Shown here: piece after piece, positions 47,386 to 58,760 of the stretch
Numbering within the stretch: the stretch's first letter is position 1
How the letters are laid out: each line of letters starts with the position of its first letter
Source: an uncultured Spirochaetota bacterium
GTDB taxonomy: Bacteria; Spirochaetota; Spirochaetia; SZUA-6; Fen-1364
Length of the DNA stretch: 64,000 nucleotides
Direction of reading: 5' to 3'
Assembly: GCA_963820525.1 (NCBI GenBank)
Contig: CAWGAA010000001.1
Location: 32,001-96,000 of the forward strand
The notes under the pieces: generated by a model
What the model saw: only the letters and a program-made list of their open reading frames with translations
Told to the model about the DNA's origin: nothing
Database searches by the model: none
Made by a program: the position numbers and the translations under genes

Positions 47386-48167
47386 GCCTCAAGACTTCCC
47401 TGGACGTAGCCCACATCCGTCGGGCATGCCGTGTCGTCGAAAAATGTCTTCGCTATCTCAAGGAATACGTCAAGCCCGGTGTTTCCACGGCTGAGCTGGA
47501 CAGGATTGCCGAGAGATTCCTCAAAGAAAACGGGGCCACTCCCGCTCTGCGCGGCTACCGGGGTTTTCCCGGCAGCATCTGTACGTCCGTGAATAACGTC
47601 GCGGCCCACGGCATCCCTTCGAGCCAGGTTCTCGAGGACGGCGATGTAATCTCCATCGACATTACGGTGAGCATCGCGGGGTGGCACGGCGATGCGGCAT
47701 GGACATATATCGTTGGCGCCGGCTCGTCTGACGCGCGGCGCCTGATACGGGCGGCATGGAGCGCGAGCCTCGCCGGCGTGCGGGCGTCCCGCGCGGGAGG
47801 ACGCATCGGGGATGTGGGCAGCGCCATTCAGGAAGCGGCCCGGAGGTTCGGCTGCTCCGTGATCGAGGACTACGTGGGCCATGGAATCGGCCGCGCGATG
47901 CACGAGGATCCCATGGTGCTCAACTTCGGCGAGCAGGATACGGGCATCAGGATCGTGCCCGGCATGGTTTTCACGGTGGAGCCCATCCTGAACCTCGGCG
48001 GGTTGGATGTCCATGTATCCAACGACGGATGGACCCTGGCCACCGCGGACGGAAGCCTCTCCGCCCAATTCGAGCACACCATCGCGGTTTTCCGGGACAC
48101 GACGGAAGTGCTCACCTATTCCCAGGGCGATATCTTCGAGCATATTGACTTTCCACCCTTCTTTTAA
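47370..48167 (+). CDS. map: methionine aminopeptidase type I
   Basis: CTSVN..HGIP, DIT..HGD, GHGIG..HEDP, EP, SAQFEHT. Confidence 0.95.
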   Translation: MEREISLKTSLDVAHIRRACRVVEKCLRYLKEYVKPGVSTAELDRIAERFLKENGATPALRGYRGFPGSICTSVNNVAAHGIPSSQVLEDGDVISIDITVSIAGWHGDAAWTYIVGAGSSDARRLIRAAWSASLAGVRASRAGGRIGDVGSAIQEAARRFGCSVIEDYVGHGIGRAMHEDPMVLNFGEQDTGIRIVPGMVFTVEPILNLGGLDVHVSNDGWTLATADGSLSAQFEHTIAVFRDTTEVLTYSQGDIFEHIDFPPFF

Positions 48168-48188
48168 TAGGGTTTTTTCGAACTCAGC

Positions 48189-48261
48189 GCCACCTTAGCT
48201 CAACTGGCAGAGCACGTGATTTGTAATCTCGAGGTTCTCGGTTCAAGTCCGAGAGGTGGCT
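48189..48261 (+). tRNA. tRNA-Thr (TGT), CCA not encoded
   Basis: GCCACCT/AGGTGGC; loop TTTGTAA; one T-T mismatch in anticodon stem. Confidence 0.94.
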
Positions 48262-48369
48262 GGCCCAGCGCGGCGAAGCCGCGCTGAAGGGGCCCCGATC
48301 CAGCAAGGTGAGCGGGCACGCCTTGACAGAGGGGGCGATTTCCTGTACATCTCGCCCGTTCATGGGCTT

Positions 48370-48451
48370 GGGGAGATTCCCGAGTGGTCAAAGGGGGCAG
48401 ACTGTAAATCTGTTGGCTCAGCCTTCGAAGGTTCGAATCCTTCTCTCCCCA
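48370..48451 (+). tRNA. tRNA-Tyr (GTA), CCA not encoded
   Basis: GGGGAGA/TCTCCCC; loop CTGTAAA; long variable arm; TTGACA at 48323. Confidence 0.96.
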
Positions 48452-48453
48452 AT

Positions 48454-48489
48454 AGCCTTCTGCCGCTGGGCTGGAAGGCTTTTTCATTT
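48454..48489 (+). terminator. intrinsic terminator after tRNA-Tyr
   Basis: AGCCTTC/GAAGGCT stem followed by TTTTCATTT. Confidence 0.7.
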
Positions 48490-48533
48490 CTCGATGAGAC
48501 CTATCCGCACTCGCAGTGGGAAAGGCACGTAGG

Positions 48534-48974
48534 ATGCCCGACGCTCCTTTCTACGACGACGGCCTGCGTTTCCAGTGCACGCGCTGCTCCCGCTGCTGCC
48601 GCCATACGCCCGGCTACGTCTTTGTCTCGGAGAACGACATCGCGAGGCTCTCCCGGTTTCTGGGGTTGGCGCGCGGGGAGATCATCCGCAGATACTGCCG
48701 GCAGGTTTCGTTCGGAATCGTGAAGAGAATCAGCTTCACCGAGAAGCAGAACCTCGACTGCGTGTTCTGGGAGAACGATGGATGCTCGGTCTACGAGGCT
48801 CGACCCCTGCAGTGCCAGAGCTTTCCTTTCTGGAGCTCCAACGTGGCCTCCCGCGCCGAGTGGGAGGGATGGATCTCCCAGTGCCCCGGCATCGGCCAGG
48901 GGCGGATTCACTCGAAGGGGGAGATCGAGCGCTGGCTTCGACGGCGAGTCGAAGAGGGGTTCATCGAAAGGTGA
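48534..48974 (+). CDS. YkgJ family cysteine-cluster protein
   Basis: FQCTRCSRCC, CVF..CSVYEARPLQCQSFPFW, CPG. Confidence 0.9.
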   Translation: MPDAPFYDDGLRFQCTRCSRCCRHTPGYVFVSENDIARLSRFLGLARGEIIRRYCRQVSFGIVKRISFTEKQNLDCVFWENDGCSVYEARPLQCQSFPFWSSNVASRAEWEGWISQCPGIGQGRIHSKGEIERWLRRRVEEGFIER

Positions 48975-49017
48975 GAGGGGTGAACGCTCGGCCCATGACA
49001 TATGAAAGGTCGCCGAA

Positions 49018-49959
49018 ATGAAAGTGAAGTTCTGGGGCGTGCGTGGATCTCTGCCAACGCCGCTTGCCCCGCACGAAGTGCGGAGCAAGATCTCTACGGT
49101 GGTTCAGAGGATCAGGCCGCAAGACCTCGAAAGCCCCCGCACCCGAGAGCTGTTCCTGGCGTCGCTTCCCGGCTATCTCTTCGGCACAATAGGCGGCAAT
49201 ACCACCTGCGTTGAGGTGCGCACCGACGATGGCCGGATCATCATCCTTGACGGCGGCTCAGGTCTGCGGGAGCTGGGATTGTCCCTGGAGAGAAGCCACG
49301 ACCCGACCTGGGAGTTTCCCATCCTCTTCACGCATTTTCATTGGGACCACCTCCAGGGGATCCCCTTTTTCGGCCCCGCATGGGTGAAGCGGAACCGGAT
49401 CATCTTCGCAAGCCCCACGCAGGGCATCGAGAAGGTCCTTCGGGAGCAGATGAGACCGCCGTACTTTCCCGTAACGATGGACGCGATGGGCGCCGAGCTT
49501 GCATTCGTCTGGCTCGTCGGAGAAAAGCTTACCCTGGGAGACGCGGACGTCTTCTGGAAGGAGATGAACCATCCCGGCTCCTCCTTCGCCTACAAGATCG
49601 TCCAGAACGGCAAGAGCGTGATATTCGCCACGGACTGCGAGGTGACCGACAGCGAGTTCCGGCAGCGCGAGGAGAACCGCAAGTTCTTCCAATCCGCGGA
49701 CCTCCTCATCCTGGATTCCCAGTACACGCTGGAGGAATCCTTCTCCAAGTTCGATTTCGGCCATACCTCGTACACGATGGCCGTGAACCTCGCCGTGGAA
49801 TGGCAGGTGAAGACCCTTGTGCTCTTCCACCACGAGCCGCGCTATGACGACAAGAAGATCTTCGGGATGCAGCGCAAGGCCCACTGGCATCTGGATCAGC
49901 TCGGCTCCTCGGGGCTCGCAATCCGCACGGCGCAGGAAGGCCTCGAGCTCGAGGTATGA
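49018..49959 (+). CDS. MBL-fold metallo-hydrolase
   Basis: FWGVRGS, GGNTTC, THFHWDHLQG, HPG, FHHEP. Confidence 0.93.
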   Translation: MKVKFWGVRGSLPTPLAPHEVRSKISTVVQRIRPQDLESPRTRELFLASLPGYLFGTIGGNTTCVEVRTDDGRIIILDGGSGLRELGLSLERSHDPTWEFPILFTHFHWDHLQGIPFFGPAWVKRNRIIFASPTQGIEKVLREQMRPPYFPVTMDAMGAELAFVWLVGEKLTLGDADVFWKEMNHPGSSFAYKIVQNGKSVIFATDCEVTDSEFRQREENRKFFQSADLLILDSQYTLEESFSKFDFGHTSYTMAVNLAVEWQVKTLVLFHHEPRYDDKKIFGMQRKAHWHLDQLGSSGLAIRTAQEGLELEV

Positions 49960-50138
49960 GCGCTGTAGAGCTTTCCGAAGGCGAGGTAGAGCAGCTCTAT
50001 GCCCTCCTGAAGAGCAGGGAAGATATCTTGCCCAGGGAGCTTCTCCAGCTTCTGGCGAGGGTCGAAAAGTCCCTCTATGGCCGGCTGACGGTTGAAGAGC
50101 TGGAGCGGCTCTCTCGTCTCTTTTCAAAGGGCGTTTGA
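49956..50138 (+). CDS. 60-aa hypothetical helical protein
   Basis: ATGA overlap with upstream gene; amphipathic leucine pattern. Confidence 0.6.
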   Translation: MSAVELSEGEVEQLYALLKSREDILPRELLQLLARVEKSLYGRLTVEELERLSRLFSKGV

Positions 50139-50187
50139 TTTCCTTGGCTCTTCGGTGATACTCTATGGAGAAGCGGGGAGGTTTGAA

Positions 50188-53100
50188 ATGAGATTTTTCG
50201 TACGTTTCGCTTTTATTGCAATAGTCCTGATTGTTGTTCTCGCGCCGGCCGCTTTCTCCGACAGCGGTTTTCTCGATCTGTTCTCCCCGCAGTTCCTGGC
50301 GGGTGGAGGCGGAACAGCGACAATCAACTCACCGCAGGGCACCGTGCTCAACCCCGCCGCAAGCGGCGGCACACAGCGGGTCACGCTGGACCTCAGCTAC
50401 ATTCCGCTTATAGGTCTCGGATCTGAGACGGGGTGGGGCAACTTCGTGAACGCCGGGGTCACGCTTCCCTCGCGTGTGGGCGTCTTCAGCTTCACGGGCC
50501 GCTACGCCAGCGCTGCGTTTCCCAGCCTGGGTTGGGGGACCATGGGAGGGCTCACATTCTCCTTTGCCAAGGACCTCTTTCCCGACTTCTACGTGGGAGC
50601 GGGGCTCGGATTCGAGTATGGAAACGATTGGGGCCTGGGCCTCGATCTGGGGTTCATCCATCTGCCCGGCAATCTGGGAATCCTGAAGGATTTCCGCTGG
50701 GGCATCGCCATGCGCAACATGGGCAAGGCGTACACATATTCAACGTCGCCCGGCTCCTTGGGCTGGCCTCCCGCATTCACGCCCTCGATAGGCGCCCATT
50801 TCGCCCTGGTAAAGACCGACCTGCTCTCCCTTTCCTTCGATCCCGACATGTCGTTCCCCACGTTCCAGGACGCGCGTTTCAACATCGGAGGCGAGTTCTC
50901 CGTCGCCGACGTTTTTTTCATCGATGCCGCGTATACGCTGGATCTTCGCCAAACCCTGGGGACCGAGCCGACACGCTCGATCCCCGTATCCTTCGGCGTT
51001 TCGCTGAAGCTGAAGACGGACATCCTGAAAACGGATAACAAGGAAAATGCCTCCTTGGCCCAAAACGAGATCACGACTACCGTGGCGGCCATTCCTTTTG
51101 CGAGCGGGATATGGGGATTCGGCCTTGGCGCAAACATGCCTCTGGGCGTCGTCGACAGGAACCCCCCCGTCATCTCCATCGATACGCAGGGAGAGAAATA
51201 CATCTCGCCCAACTTCGACGGCGTGAAGGACGACCTCGTTCTTCCCCTCTCGATCACCGACGAGAGGTTCGTGAAGGGCTTCCGCTTCATCGTGCAGGAT
51301 TCCGGGGGAAAGGACGTGCGCGTCATCCTGAACAAGGAGGACAGGCCGGAAAACCGCGATGTGGGAGGCCTCATCTCCCGCCTTTTCTATGTGAAAAGCG
51401 GAATTGCGATCCCGGAATCGATCCGCTGGGACGGGAAATCCGACGCGGGGGCCGTTGTGCCCGACGGAGCATACAGCTACTTCGTCGAGGCATGGGATGA
51501 CAACAACAACACGGGAAAGAGCGCGGTGGGGACGGTTGTGGTCGACAACACTCCTCCAACCGTCAGCGTGACCGCTCCCTATCTCATCTTCTCGCCGGAT
51601 GGGGACGGCAACAAGGACACGCTGCCGCTCCAGCAGACCGGCTCCAAGGAAGACTCGTGGGTCGGCTCCGTCCGGACTGTGACGGGTGAAGATGTGGCCT
51701 CCTTCTCGTGGCAGGACGCCGCGCCGCCCGCCTTCGCGTGGGACGGAAAAACCAAGCAGGGAGTGCTCGCGCCGGACGGAGTCTACAGCTACCACGTCAC
51801 GGCGACAGACCGCGCGGGAAACTCCGCCTCGGCGGACCTTGCCAACATCATCATCGATACCCAGAAGAAGCCGGTCCAGCTCTCCATAGATCTGTCCTAT
51901 TTCTCTCCGAATGGAGATGGTGTGAAGGACGCGGTGACATTCGGGCTTCAGGTTCCCGTGACCACGGGGATCGAAAAGTGGAGCCTCGCCATCTCCGACT
52001 CGTCGGGCTCGGCAAAGAAGACCTTCGAAGGCACGGTCACGATTCCGGGCTCGATTCTGTGGGATGGAAAGGACGACGCGGGAAAGGTCGTGCAGGAGGG
52101 CGGCTACAAGGCGAAGCTCTCCATTCTGTACGTCAACGGAAGCAATCCGACCGCGGAGTCGCCGCTCATCACGATAGACCTGACAACTCCTGCGGCGGCG
52201 ACGAAGGCGGACCTCGCCGTCTTCTCTCCCAACGGGGACGGCAACAAGGACACCGTGACGGTGTTCCAGGACACCTCGGATGAGCTTTTCTGGACCGGGA
52301 CCTTCAAGAACGCCGCGGGCAAGGACGTGAAGACGGTGGTATGGAGGGGAAAGGCGGACTCGAAGTTCGTCTGGGACGGCAGGGGAGATGACGGGAGCCT
52401 GCTCCCGGACGGGGCCTACACCTATGTCCTCGCTTCGACGGACAGGGCGGGCAATGTGGGGGCTTCGGCGCCTGTGACGATCAAGATCGACACAGAGGAG
52501 ACCCCCGTGCGCGTCTCCACGGACCTCACGTACTTCTCTCCGAACGCGGACAGCGTCAAGGACAAGGTGCGGATCATCCCCTCGCTGCGCATTGCAGCGG
52601 GGGTGGACTCGTTCACCGTCCGCATCAAGAACGCGAAGGGTGATGTCGTTCGCACCTTCACGGGCAAGAACAGGGCTCCGGAGGACATATCGTGGGACGG
52701 CATCGACGATACCGGCAGGCGCGCCGCCGACGGGCAGTACAGCGCGGCCCTCGAGGTCGTCTACGTGAACGGCAACCGGTCCAAGGCCGACAGCAACGCC
52801 TTCTTCGTGGACACCCGCTATCCCCAGATCGACGTGACGGCGGACGTGATGCTCTTCTCTCCCGACGGTGATGGGAGGCTCGACTCCATCACGGTCAAGC
52901 AGAGCTCAAGCGATGAGGACCTGTGGGAAGGGGAGCTGCGCAATGCCAAGGGCGACAAGGTCCGGGGCTGGTTCTGGAAGGGTAAGGCGGCGAACTTCAC
53001 CTGGGATGGAAAGGACGAGAACGGCAACACGGTGCCCGATGGAAGCTATACCTACGTCGTGAAATCCCAGAGCAAGGCGGGCAATACCACCGTGAAGGAG

Positions 53101-54186
53101 CTGCGCGGGATCCAGATTGACACGCGGCCGACCTCCGCCTACATCACGGCGTCTTCAAGCGGATTCTCCCCCAACGGCGACGGCTTCATGGATTCCATAA
53201 ACTTCTCCCCGATCGTCGGCATGAAGGACGGGATCAAGTCCTGGAAGATCAGCATGGCCAGCGCTGCGTCGGGCGTCCAGAAGGAGTTCTCAGGGCCGGC
53301 CCCCGTGCCCGCCAGCGTCACCTGGGACGGCAAGGAAACGTCGGGGTCCCGGCTCGCTGCCGAGGGCGCCTATACGGCAATTCTCCAGGTCGAGTACTAC
53401 AAGGGCAACCTCGCCGAGGCAAAGACCGCGTCGTTCCTCATGGAGGCGACTCCGCCCAAGGTCGACATCAGTCTCGGCCCCCTGCCGTTCTCTCCCGACA
53501 ACGACGGGATGAACGACGAGCTCACCATCGGCATCAAGGTGGACGGGCCGGCGCCCATCGACAGCTGGGGCATCCAGATCCTCGACCCCGCCGAGCACCC
53601 CTTCGCGTCCTTCTCCGGCAAGGGCGCTCCGGCCGAGAAGATCATCTGGAACGGGACGTCCAACACGGGAGAGCTTGTCGAGTCCGCGGAGGACTACCCG
53701 CTGGTCTTCACGATCAAGGACGCGCTGGGCAATGTCGGCACCCTGCGCAAGCTCATTCCCGTGGACATCCTGGTGATCAGGGACGGCGAGAACCTGAAGG
53801 TGAGGATCGCGAGCATCACCTTCTCCGCCAACACGGCAGACTACGTGAACGTGGAGCCGGACAAGGCGGAGAAGAACGCCAGGACCATCTCGCGGCTGGC
53901 CGAGATCTTCAAGAAATACAGCCGCTACAAGATCACGATCCAGGGCCACGCGAACCTGGTAAACTTCGACAATCCCGCCAAGGCCAAACAGGAGCAGGAA
54001 CAGGAGCTCCTGCCCCTGTCCAAGGCGCGGGCAGATTCCATCAAGGATGCCCTCGTTCGGGAAGGAATCGAGGTGCGCAGGATCTCCACCATCGGGGTGG
54101 GAGCATCGCAGCCCGTCGTGCCGTTCAGCGACCTGGACAACCGCTGGAAGAACAGGCGCGTCGAGTTCATCCTCGTACGCGAGTAG
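50188..54186 (+). CDS. large envelope protein: N-terminal beta-barrel-like region, eight FlgD/Ig-like repeats, C-terminal OmpA-like peptidoglycan-binding domain
   Basis: Signal peptide; alternating beta strands; 8x (F/I)SP(N/D)xDxxxD plus WDG motifs; IQGHAN..LSKARA..NRRVEF; GGAGG SD before ATG 50188. Confidence 0.87.
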   Translation: MRFFVRFAFIAIVLIVVLAPAAFSDSGFLDLFSPQFLAGGGGTATINSPQGTVLNPAASGGTQRVTLDLSYIPLIGLGSETGWGNFVNAGVTLPSRVGVFSFTGRYASAAFPSLGWGTMGGLTFSFAKDLFPDFYVGAGLGFEYGNDWGLGLDLGFIHLPGNLGILKDFRWGIAMRNMGKAYTYSTSPGSLGWPPAFTPSIGAHFALVKTDLLSLSFDPDMSFPTFQDARFNIGGEFSVADVFFIDAAYTLDLRQTLGTEPTRSIPVSFGVSLKLKTDILKTDNKENASLAQNEITTTVAAIPFASGIWGFGLGANMPLGVVDRNPPVISIDTQGEKYISPNFDGVKDDLVLPLSITDERFVKGFRFIVQDSGGKDVRVILNKEDRPENRDVGGLISRLFYVKSGIAIPESIRWDGKSDAGAVVPDGAYSYFVEAWDDNNNTGKSAVGTVVVDNTPPTVSVTAPYLIFSPDGDGNKDTLPLQQTGSKEDSWVGSVRTVTGEDVASFSWQDAAPPAFAWDGKTKQGVLAPDGVYSYHVTATDRAGNSASADLANIIIDTQKKPVQLSIDLSYFSPNGDGVKDAVTFGLQVPVTTGIEKWSLAISDSSGSAKKTFEGTVTIPGSILWDGKDDAGKVVQEGGYKAKLSILYVNGSNPTAESPLITIDLTTPAAATKADLAVFSPNGDGNKDTVTVFQDTSDELFWTGTFKNAAGKDVKTVVWRGKADSKFVWDGRGDDGSLLPDGAYTYVLASTDRAGNVGASAPVTIKIDTEETPVRVSTDLTYFSPNADSVKDKVRIIPSLRIAAGVDSFTVRIKNAKGDVVRTFTGKNRAPEDISWDGIDDTGRRAADGQYSAALEVVYVNGNRSKADSNAFFVDTRYPQIDVTADVMLFSPDGDGRLDSITVKQSSSDEDLWEGELRNAKGDKVRGWFWKGKAANFTWDGKDENGNTVPDGSYTYVVKSQSKAGNTTVKELRGIQIDTRPTSAYITASSSGFSPNGDGFMDSINFSPIVGMKDGIKSWKISMASAASGVQKEFSGPAPVPASVTWDGKETSGSRLAAEGAYTAILQVEYYKGNLAEAKTASFLMEATPPKVDISLGPLPFSPDNDGMNDELTIGIKVDGPAPIDSWGIQILDPAEHPFASFSGKGAPAEKIIWNGTSNTGELVESAEDYPLVFTIKDALGNVGTLRKLIPVDILVIRDGENLKVRIASITFSANTADYVNVEPDKAEKNARTISRLAEIFKKYSRYKITIQGHANLVNFDNPAKAKQEQEQELLPLSKARADSIKDALVREGIEVRRISTIGVGASQPVVPFSDLDNRWKNRRVEFILVRE

Positions 54187-54187
54187 C

Positions 54188-55198
54188 GTGAGGGTCCCCG
54201 TCCGCCTCGTCGCGGCGGCGCTCGGAGCGATCCTGGGCGCCGTCGCGATTTTTCTCTATCTCGACTCCAGCCCTGTGCAAAGGTCCTCGGGCGAGCGGGT
54301 GTTCTCGATTTCGAAGGGAGAGAACCTCACCAGGATCGCGGACCGTCTCCAGAGGGAGGGGCTGATACGGTTCGCCCCCCTTTTGCGCCTGGTCTCCAGA
54401 GCGAGAGGAACGGAAGGCGCGTTCAAGGCAGGATACTACCGCGTGCCCGCCGGCTCGACCACCACGGCAATCCACCGCCTCCTGGTCTCCGGGGCCGAAA
54501 CCCTGGAGAAGATCACGATCCCCGAGGGATGGACCTCCCGAAAGATAGCTCTCCTTCTGGAGTCCCGGGGCATCTGCTCCGCCGTGGATTTCATGGCCGC
54601 GGCCAGGTCGCCCGAGCTGGCGGCCCGGCTGGGAGTGCCGGCCCAGAGCCTCGAGGGCTACCTCTTCCCCGACACGTATTTTCTCCCCGAGGGTTTTCCC
54701 GCGGATGCCCTGGCCGAGCTCATGGTGAAGAATTTCTTCGAAAACCTCTCGGCCATCGCGCCTCAGTGGACGGCCCTGAGCCCCCGGAAGCTCGCCGACA
54801 CGGTCATCCTGGCGTCCATCGTGGAGCGGGAGTACCGCATCGACGCGGAGGCGCCTCTTATCACGTCCGTGTTCGAGAACCGCCTGGCGGCGAACATGGG
54901 GCTTGAATCGTGTGCCACTCTTGAATATATTATTACGGAGATCCAGCTAAAGGCACACCCGGAGTACATATCCCTTGAGGATGAGCGCCTTGATTCTCCC
55001 TACAACACGTATAAGTGGGCGGGATTGCCTCCCGGTCCCATTTCGGAGCCGGGGAGAATCGCGCTGGAGGCGGCATTCCATCCGGCGCATACCGATTACA
55101 TGTACTTCGTGCTGCGAGATCCGGATTCGGGACGCCACTACTTCTCCAGGGACCTTCGAGAGCACATCCAGGCGAAGTTTCTCTACCTGAAGAAATAG
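54188..55198 (+). CDS. mltG: endolytic transglycosylase MltG
   Basis: TIPEG, LEGYLFPDTY, LASIVERE, SPYNTY..GLPPGPI. Confidence 0.93.
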   Translation: MRVPVRLVAAALGAILGAVAIFLYLDSSPVQRSSGERVFSISKGENLTRIADRLQREGLIRFAPLLRLVSRARGTEGAFKAGYYRVPAGSTTTAIHRLLVSGAETLEKITIPEGWTSRKIALLLESRGICSAVDFMAAARSPELAARLGVPAQSLEGYLFPDTYFLPEGFPADALAELMVKNFFENLSAIAPQWTALSPRKLADTVILASIVEREYRIDAEAPLITSVFENRLAANMGLESCATLEYIITEIQLKAHPEYISLEDERLDSPYNTYKWAGLPPGPISEPGRIALEAAFHPAHTDYMYFVLRDPDSGRHYFSRDLREHIQAKFLYLKK

Positions 55199-55204
55199 GA
55201 GAGC

Positions 55205-57013
55205 ATGAGGATACCGCAGGCCACGCTCTCGGAGATCCAGAACCGTCTCGACCTGGCGGAGGTGGTGGGAGAGTACGTTGCCCTCCAGAAGAGGGGAAAC
55301 CGCTACTGGGGCAGGTGTCCTTTCCACGAGGAGAAGACCCCCTCGTTCAGCGTGACCCCCGACAAGGGCGTGTTCTATTGCTTCGGCTGCCACAAGGGGG
55401 GCGGGCTGTACCAGTTCGTGATGGAGCTGGAGAAGGTGTCGTTCATCGACGCGGTCGAGATGCTGGCAAAGAAAGCCGGTGTCGAGATTCAACGGGAGGA
55501 AGGGGAGAAGGGCGGCGTCAAGAGGGAAACATTCCTGGAGCTGAACAGGCGGCTCGCGGGGAGCTTCCACTGGCTGCTCACGGAAAGTCCCCGCGGGGAG
55601 GCTGCTCGTGCTTATCTGGAGGGCAGGGGAGTGCCCCGGGAAACGATCGAGGCTTTCCAGCTGGGCTATGCCCCCCCGGACAGGGAATGGCTGGAAAGAT
55701 TCCTCACGGGGAAGAATTATTCGGAAGACTTCCTTGCCAAAACGGGGCTTTTTTCGGAATCGGCCCGGGGGAGGACGGCGCTCTTCGCCAACCGGATCAT
55801 CTTCCCCATCGCGAACCTCCGCGGCGAGATCATTGCTTTCGGGGGACGCGCGCTTGGAGAAGGGGTTCCGAAGTACTTGAACTCCCCGGAGACCTCCTTT
55901 TTCAGAAAAGGAGAGAACCTTTTCGGAATCGACAAGGCGCTCCCCGCGATAAAGAAGGGGGACGCGGCGATCGTCGTGGAAGGTTACATGGATGTGCTCG
56001 CCATGCACCAGGCGGGGATCACCAACTGCGTTGCGCCCCTGGGGACGGCGCTCACCGAAACCCAGGTGAAGGTCCTGAAGCGGGCCGCGTCTCGGTGTAT
56101 CCTTGTCTTCGACGGAGACGAGGCGGGCGAGAAGGCGACCCTCAGGGCGGTGGAAATGCTGGAAAGACAGGAGCTCGCCGCCCACGTGGTTGCGCTTCCC
56201 GATGGGCAGGACCCGGCCGATATCGTGCAACGCGAGGGGCGCAGGGGGATCGAGAGGTGCCTGGAGGCGGCGCAGCCGTGCTTCGCGTTCCTCCTGGAAA
56301 AGGTCATGGGCCGCCATGACCGCTCCACGCCGGAAGGAAAGGAGAGGATCCGCGATTTTCTCCTCCCCTTCATTGCCGCGGCCGGCTCCCGTGTGCGCGC
56401 CGACGACTACATGCGGAGGCTTGCCGAGGCGATTACTGTCGACGAAGGCGCCGTCCGCGCTGATTTTGCCTCCTGGAAGCGCGGGCTGCGCCAGGGTCAC
56501 GCTTCGAAAGGCGAGGGGGAGGAAGGGAGAGGCTCTTCGACGGACCTGTTCCTCATGCTTGCCCTGGCGATTCACCAGGAGCTGTTCCCCCGGGTGCGTT
56601 CGAGCGGCATCGCGCTTTCCGACCTGGAGGATCCGCGGGCCCGGGAGCTGTTCGTCGCGCTGGAAGAGGCGTTCCGGGCCGAAGAGATGTCCTTCGATGC
56701 CCTGCTTGCCCGCGTGGAGGATGAGACGCTGAAGGAGACGTTGGTGCGCAGCGTCTCAAGCGGAGAGTTCGACGTGAACCAGGAAAAGGCCGTCGAAGAC
56801 GGCGTGAAGAGGATCAAGCAGAGGACCTTGAAGAGGAAGAGCGACGAGCTGGCCGCCCAGATGAGGCGGATGGAGAGCGAGAAAACGGACCCGGCGCAGA
56901 TGCGGCAGATGCTTGCGGAGAAGATGCATCTGGACGACGAGCTGGCGAAGCTCCGCGCGAAATCTTCGACGGATCCCAAAACTTCGAGAGGAGAGCAGGA
57001 CACCGGCATATGA
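55205..57013 (+). CDS. dnaG: DNA primase
   Basis: [37 protein letters not shown]. Confidence 0.97.
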   Translation: MRIPQATLSEIQNRLDLAEVVGEYVALQKRGNRYWGRCPFHEEKTPSFSVTPDKGVFYCFGCHKGGGLYQFVMELEKVSFIDAVEMLAKKAGVEIQREEGEKGGVKRETFLELNRRLAGSFHWLLTESPRGEAARAYLEGRGVPRETIEAFQLGYAPPDREWLERFLTGKNYSEDFLAKTGLFSESARGRTALFANRIIFPIANLRGEIIAFGGRALGEGVPKYLNSPETSFFRKGENLFGIDKALPAIKKGDAAIVVEGYMDVLAMHQAGITNCVAPLGTALTETQVKVLKRAASRCILVFDGDEAGEKATLRAVEMLERQELAAHVVALPDGQDPADIVQREGRRGIERCLEAAQPCFAFLLEKVMGRHDRSTPEGKERIRDFLLPFIAAAGSRVRADDYMRRLAEAITVDEGAVRADFASWKRGLRQGHASKGEGEEGRGSSTDLFLMLALAIHQELFPRVRSSGIALSDLEDPRARELFVALEEAFRAEEMSFDALLARVEDETLKETLVRSVSSGEFDVNQEKAVEDGVKRIKQRTLKRKSDELAAQMRRMESEKTDPAQMRQMLAEKMHLDDELAKLRAKSSTDPKTSRGEQDTGI

Positions 57014-58746
57014 AGGTGACGATTGACATCCAGAACGACCCCGCCATCAAGAAGCTGCTGGAATTTGCCAAGGGCAAGAAGAGCATCAGCTACGACGAGG
57101 TGAATGATTTCCTCCCCAACTCGATCGTCAACTCGGATCGCATCGAGGAGGTCATCGCCCTGCTCGAGAAGAACAGCATCAAGCTGGAGGACGAGGAGAT
57201 CAACCTCGAGCTGGAAGAGGACAAGACGGCCAAGGACAGGAAGAAGCTGATCTACAGCGACAAGGAGTCCTCGGTCGACGACCCGATCCGCCTCTACCTG
57301 CGGGAGATCGGAAAGGAAAACCTCCTCACCGCGGAACAGGAGGTGGAGCTCTCCAAGAGGATGGAGGAGGGCGAGGCCATCATCAAGAACGTGCTGAAAG
57401 CTTCAGGAGTGATCAACCGCGAGTACTTCAAGATCGCGCTGCGACCCCCCGTTGGAAGGGATCTGCGGGACGCGGCCTCCTTTCGACGCGAGGCGGCGCA
57501 GCTCATGGCGGACGCCCGCCGCTCCGGCTCCTATGCCAAGGAAACGGGGAGGGAAAGCCTTCCCTCCGCCAAGCGCTACATGGACGCCAGGAGGCAGCCG
57601 GAGAGCGAGGGGGGCGACATCCTCGACGATGAGCTTCTGGAAAGAAGCACGGACTCCTCCGACTCGCGCAAGCTGATGGACCTCCGCCCCGAGGAGATCG
57701 GTGCGATCGCGGAGAAATTCGTGAGCGGGGCCCGGAAGATCCGCTCCATCCAGAAGGAGCAGGCCCGCGTGGAGAAGCGCCTGAAGGCGGGCAGCCCCAA
57801 GGACCTCAAGACGCTGGCCAAGAAGATCCTCTCCGTCTCCGCGGCGGATCGGGAGAAGATCGAAAAGAGCGCGGGGCTGGGCATCGAGCGCGTGCGGGAG
57901 CTCATGCGCATCTATCAGACCAACGAGAAGAAGCTCTCGCGCTACGAGGCGCTGTTCAGCTCGAACCTCCCCAGCATCCTCACCATGGCGGACGAGATCG
58001 ACCGCGGCCGCGTGCTGTTGAAGGAGGCCAAGGACAGGCTGATCAAGGCCAACCTCCGCCTCGTCGTGAGCATCGCCAAGAAGTACACCAACCGCGGCCT
58101 GCACTTCTTCGACCTCGTGCAGGAGGGGAACATCGGGCTCATCAAGGCGGTGGAGAAGTTCGAGTACAGGAAGGGCTACAAGTTCTCCACCTATGCCACC
58201 TGGTGGATCCGCCAGGCCATCACCCGCTCGATCTCGGACCAGGCGCGAACGATCCGCGTGCCCGTTCACATGATCGAGCAGATCAACAAGGTGATGCGCG
58301 AGAGCCGACAGCTCATGCAGATCCTCGGGAGGGAGCCCACAGATGACGAGGTCGCCGAGAAGCTGGGCTGGGCCACGGGACGGGTGAAGGCCGTAAAGAG
58401 CGTCGCGCGCGAGCCCATCTCCCTCGAGACCCCCATCGGCGAGGAGGAGGACTCGCTCCTGGGCGATTTCATCGAGGACAAGGAGGTGGAAAGCCCCTCC
58501 AATATGACAGCCTTCCGTCTCCTGCAGGAGCAGCTGGAGACCGTCCTCGCCACTCTGCCGCCGCGGGAGCAGGAGGTGCTGAAGATGCGCTTCGGCCTCG
58601 AAGACGGCTACTCCTTGACTCTTGAGGAGGTGGGACTCTATTTTAACGTGACCCGCGAGCGGATACGGCAGATCGAGGCCAAGGCCCTTCGAAGGCTCAG
58701 GCATCCGACAAGAAGCCGAAGGCTCAAGGACTATCTCGAACATTAA
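57010..58746 (+). CDS. rpoD: RNA polymerase primary sigma factor
   Basis: [51 protein letters not shown]. Confidence 0.97.
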   Translation: MKVTIDIQNDPAIKKLLEFAKGKKSISYDEVNDFLPNSIVNSDRIEEVIALLEKNSIKLEDEEINLELEEDKTAKDRKKLIYSDKESSVDDPIRLYLREIGKENLLTAEQEVELSKRMEEGEAIIKNVLKASGVINREYFKIALRPPVGRDLRDAASFRREAAQLMADARRSGSYAKETGRESLPSAKRYMDARRQPESEGGDILDDELLERSTDSSDSRKLMDLRPEEIGAIAEKFVSGARKIRSIQKEQARVEKRLKAGSPKDLKTLAKKILSVSAADREKIEKSAGLGIERVRELMRIYQTNEKKLSRYEALFSSNLPSILTMADEIDRGRVLLKEAKDRLIKANLRLVVSIAKKYTNRGLHFFDLVQEGNIGLIKAVEKFEYRKGYKFSTYATWWIRQAITRSISDQARTIRVPVHMIEQINKVMRESRQLMQILGREPTDDEVAEKLGWATGRVKAVKSVAREPISLETPIGEEEDSLLGDFIEDKEVESPSNMTAFRLLQEQLETVLATLPPREQEVLKMRFGLEDGYSLTLEEVGLYFNVTRERIRQIEAKALRRLRHPTRSRRLKDYLEH

Positions 58747-58760
58747 AGGGGAATGGAAAA

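Noticed and set aside
51200..53520. Recurrent TTCTC(T/C)CC..ACGG DNA repeats as a possible CRISPR or array
   Set aside because: About 330-bp period with synonymous variation; these are protein domain repeats.
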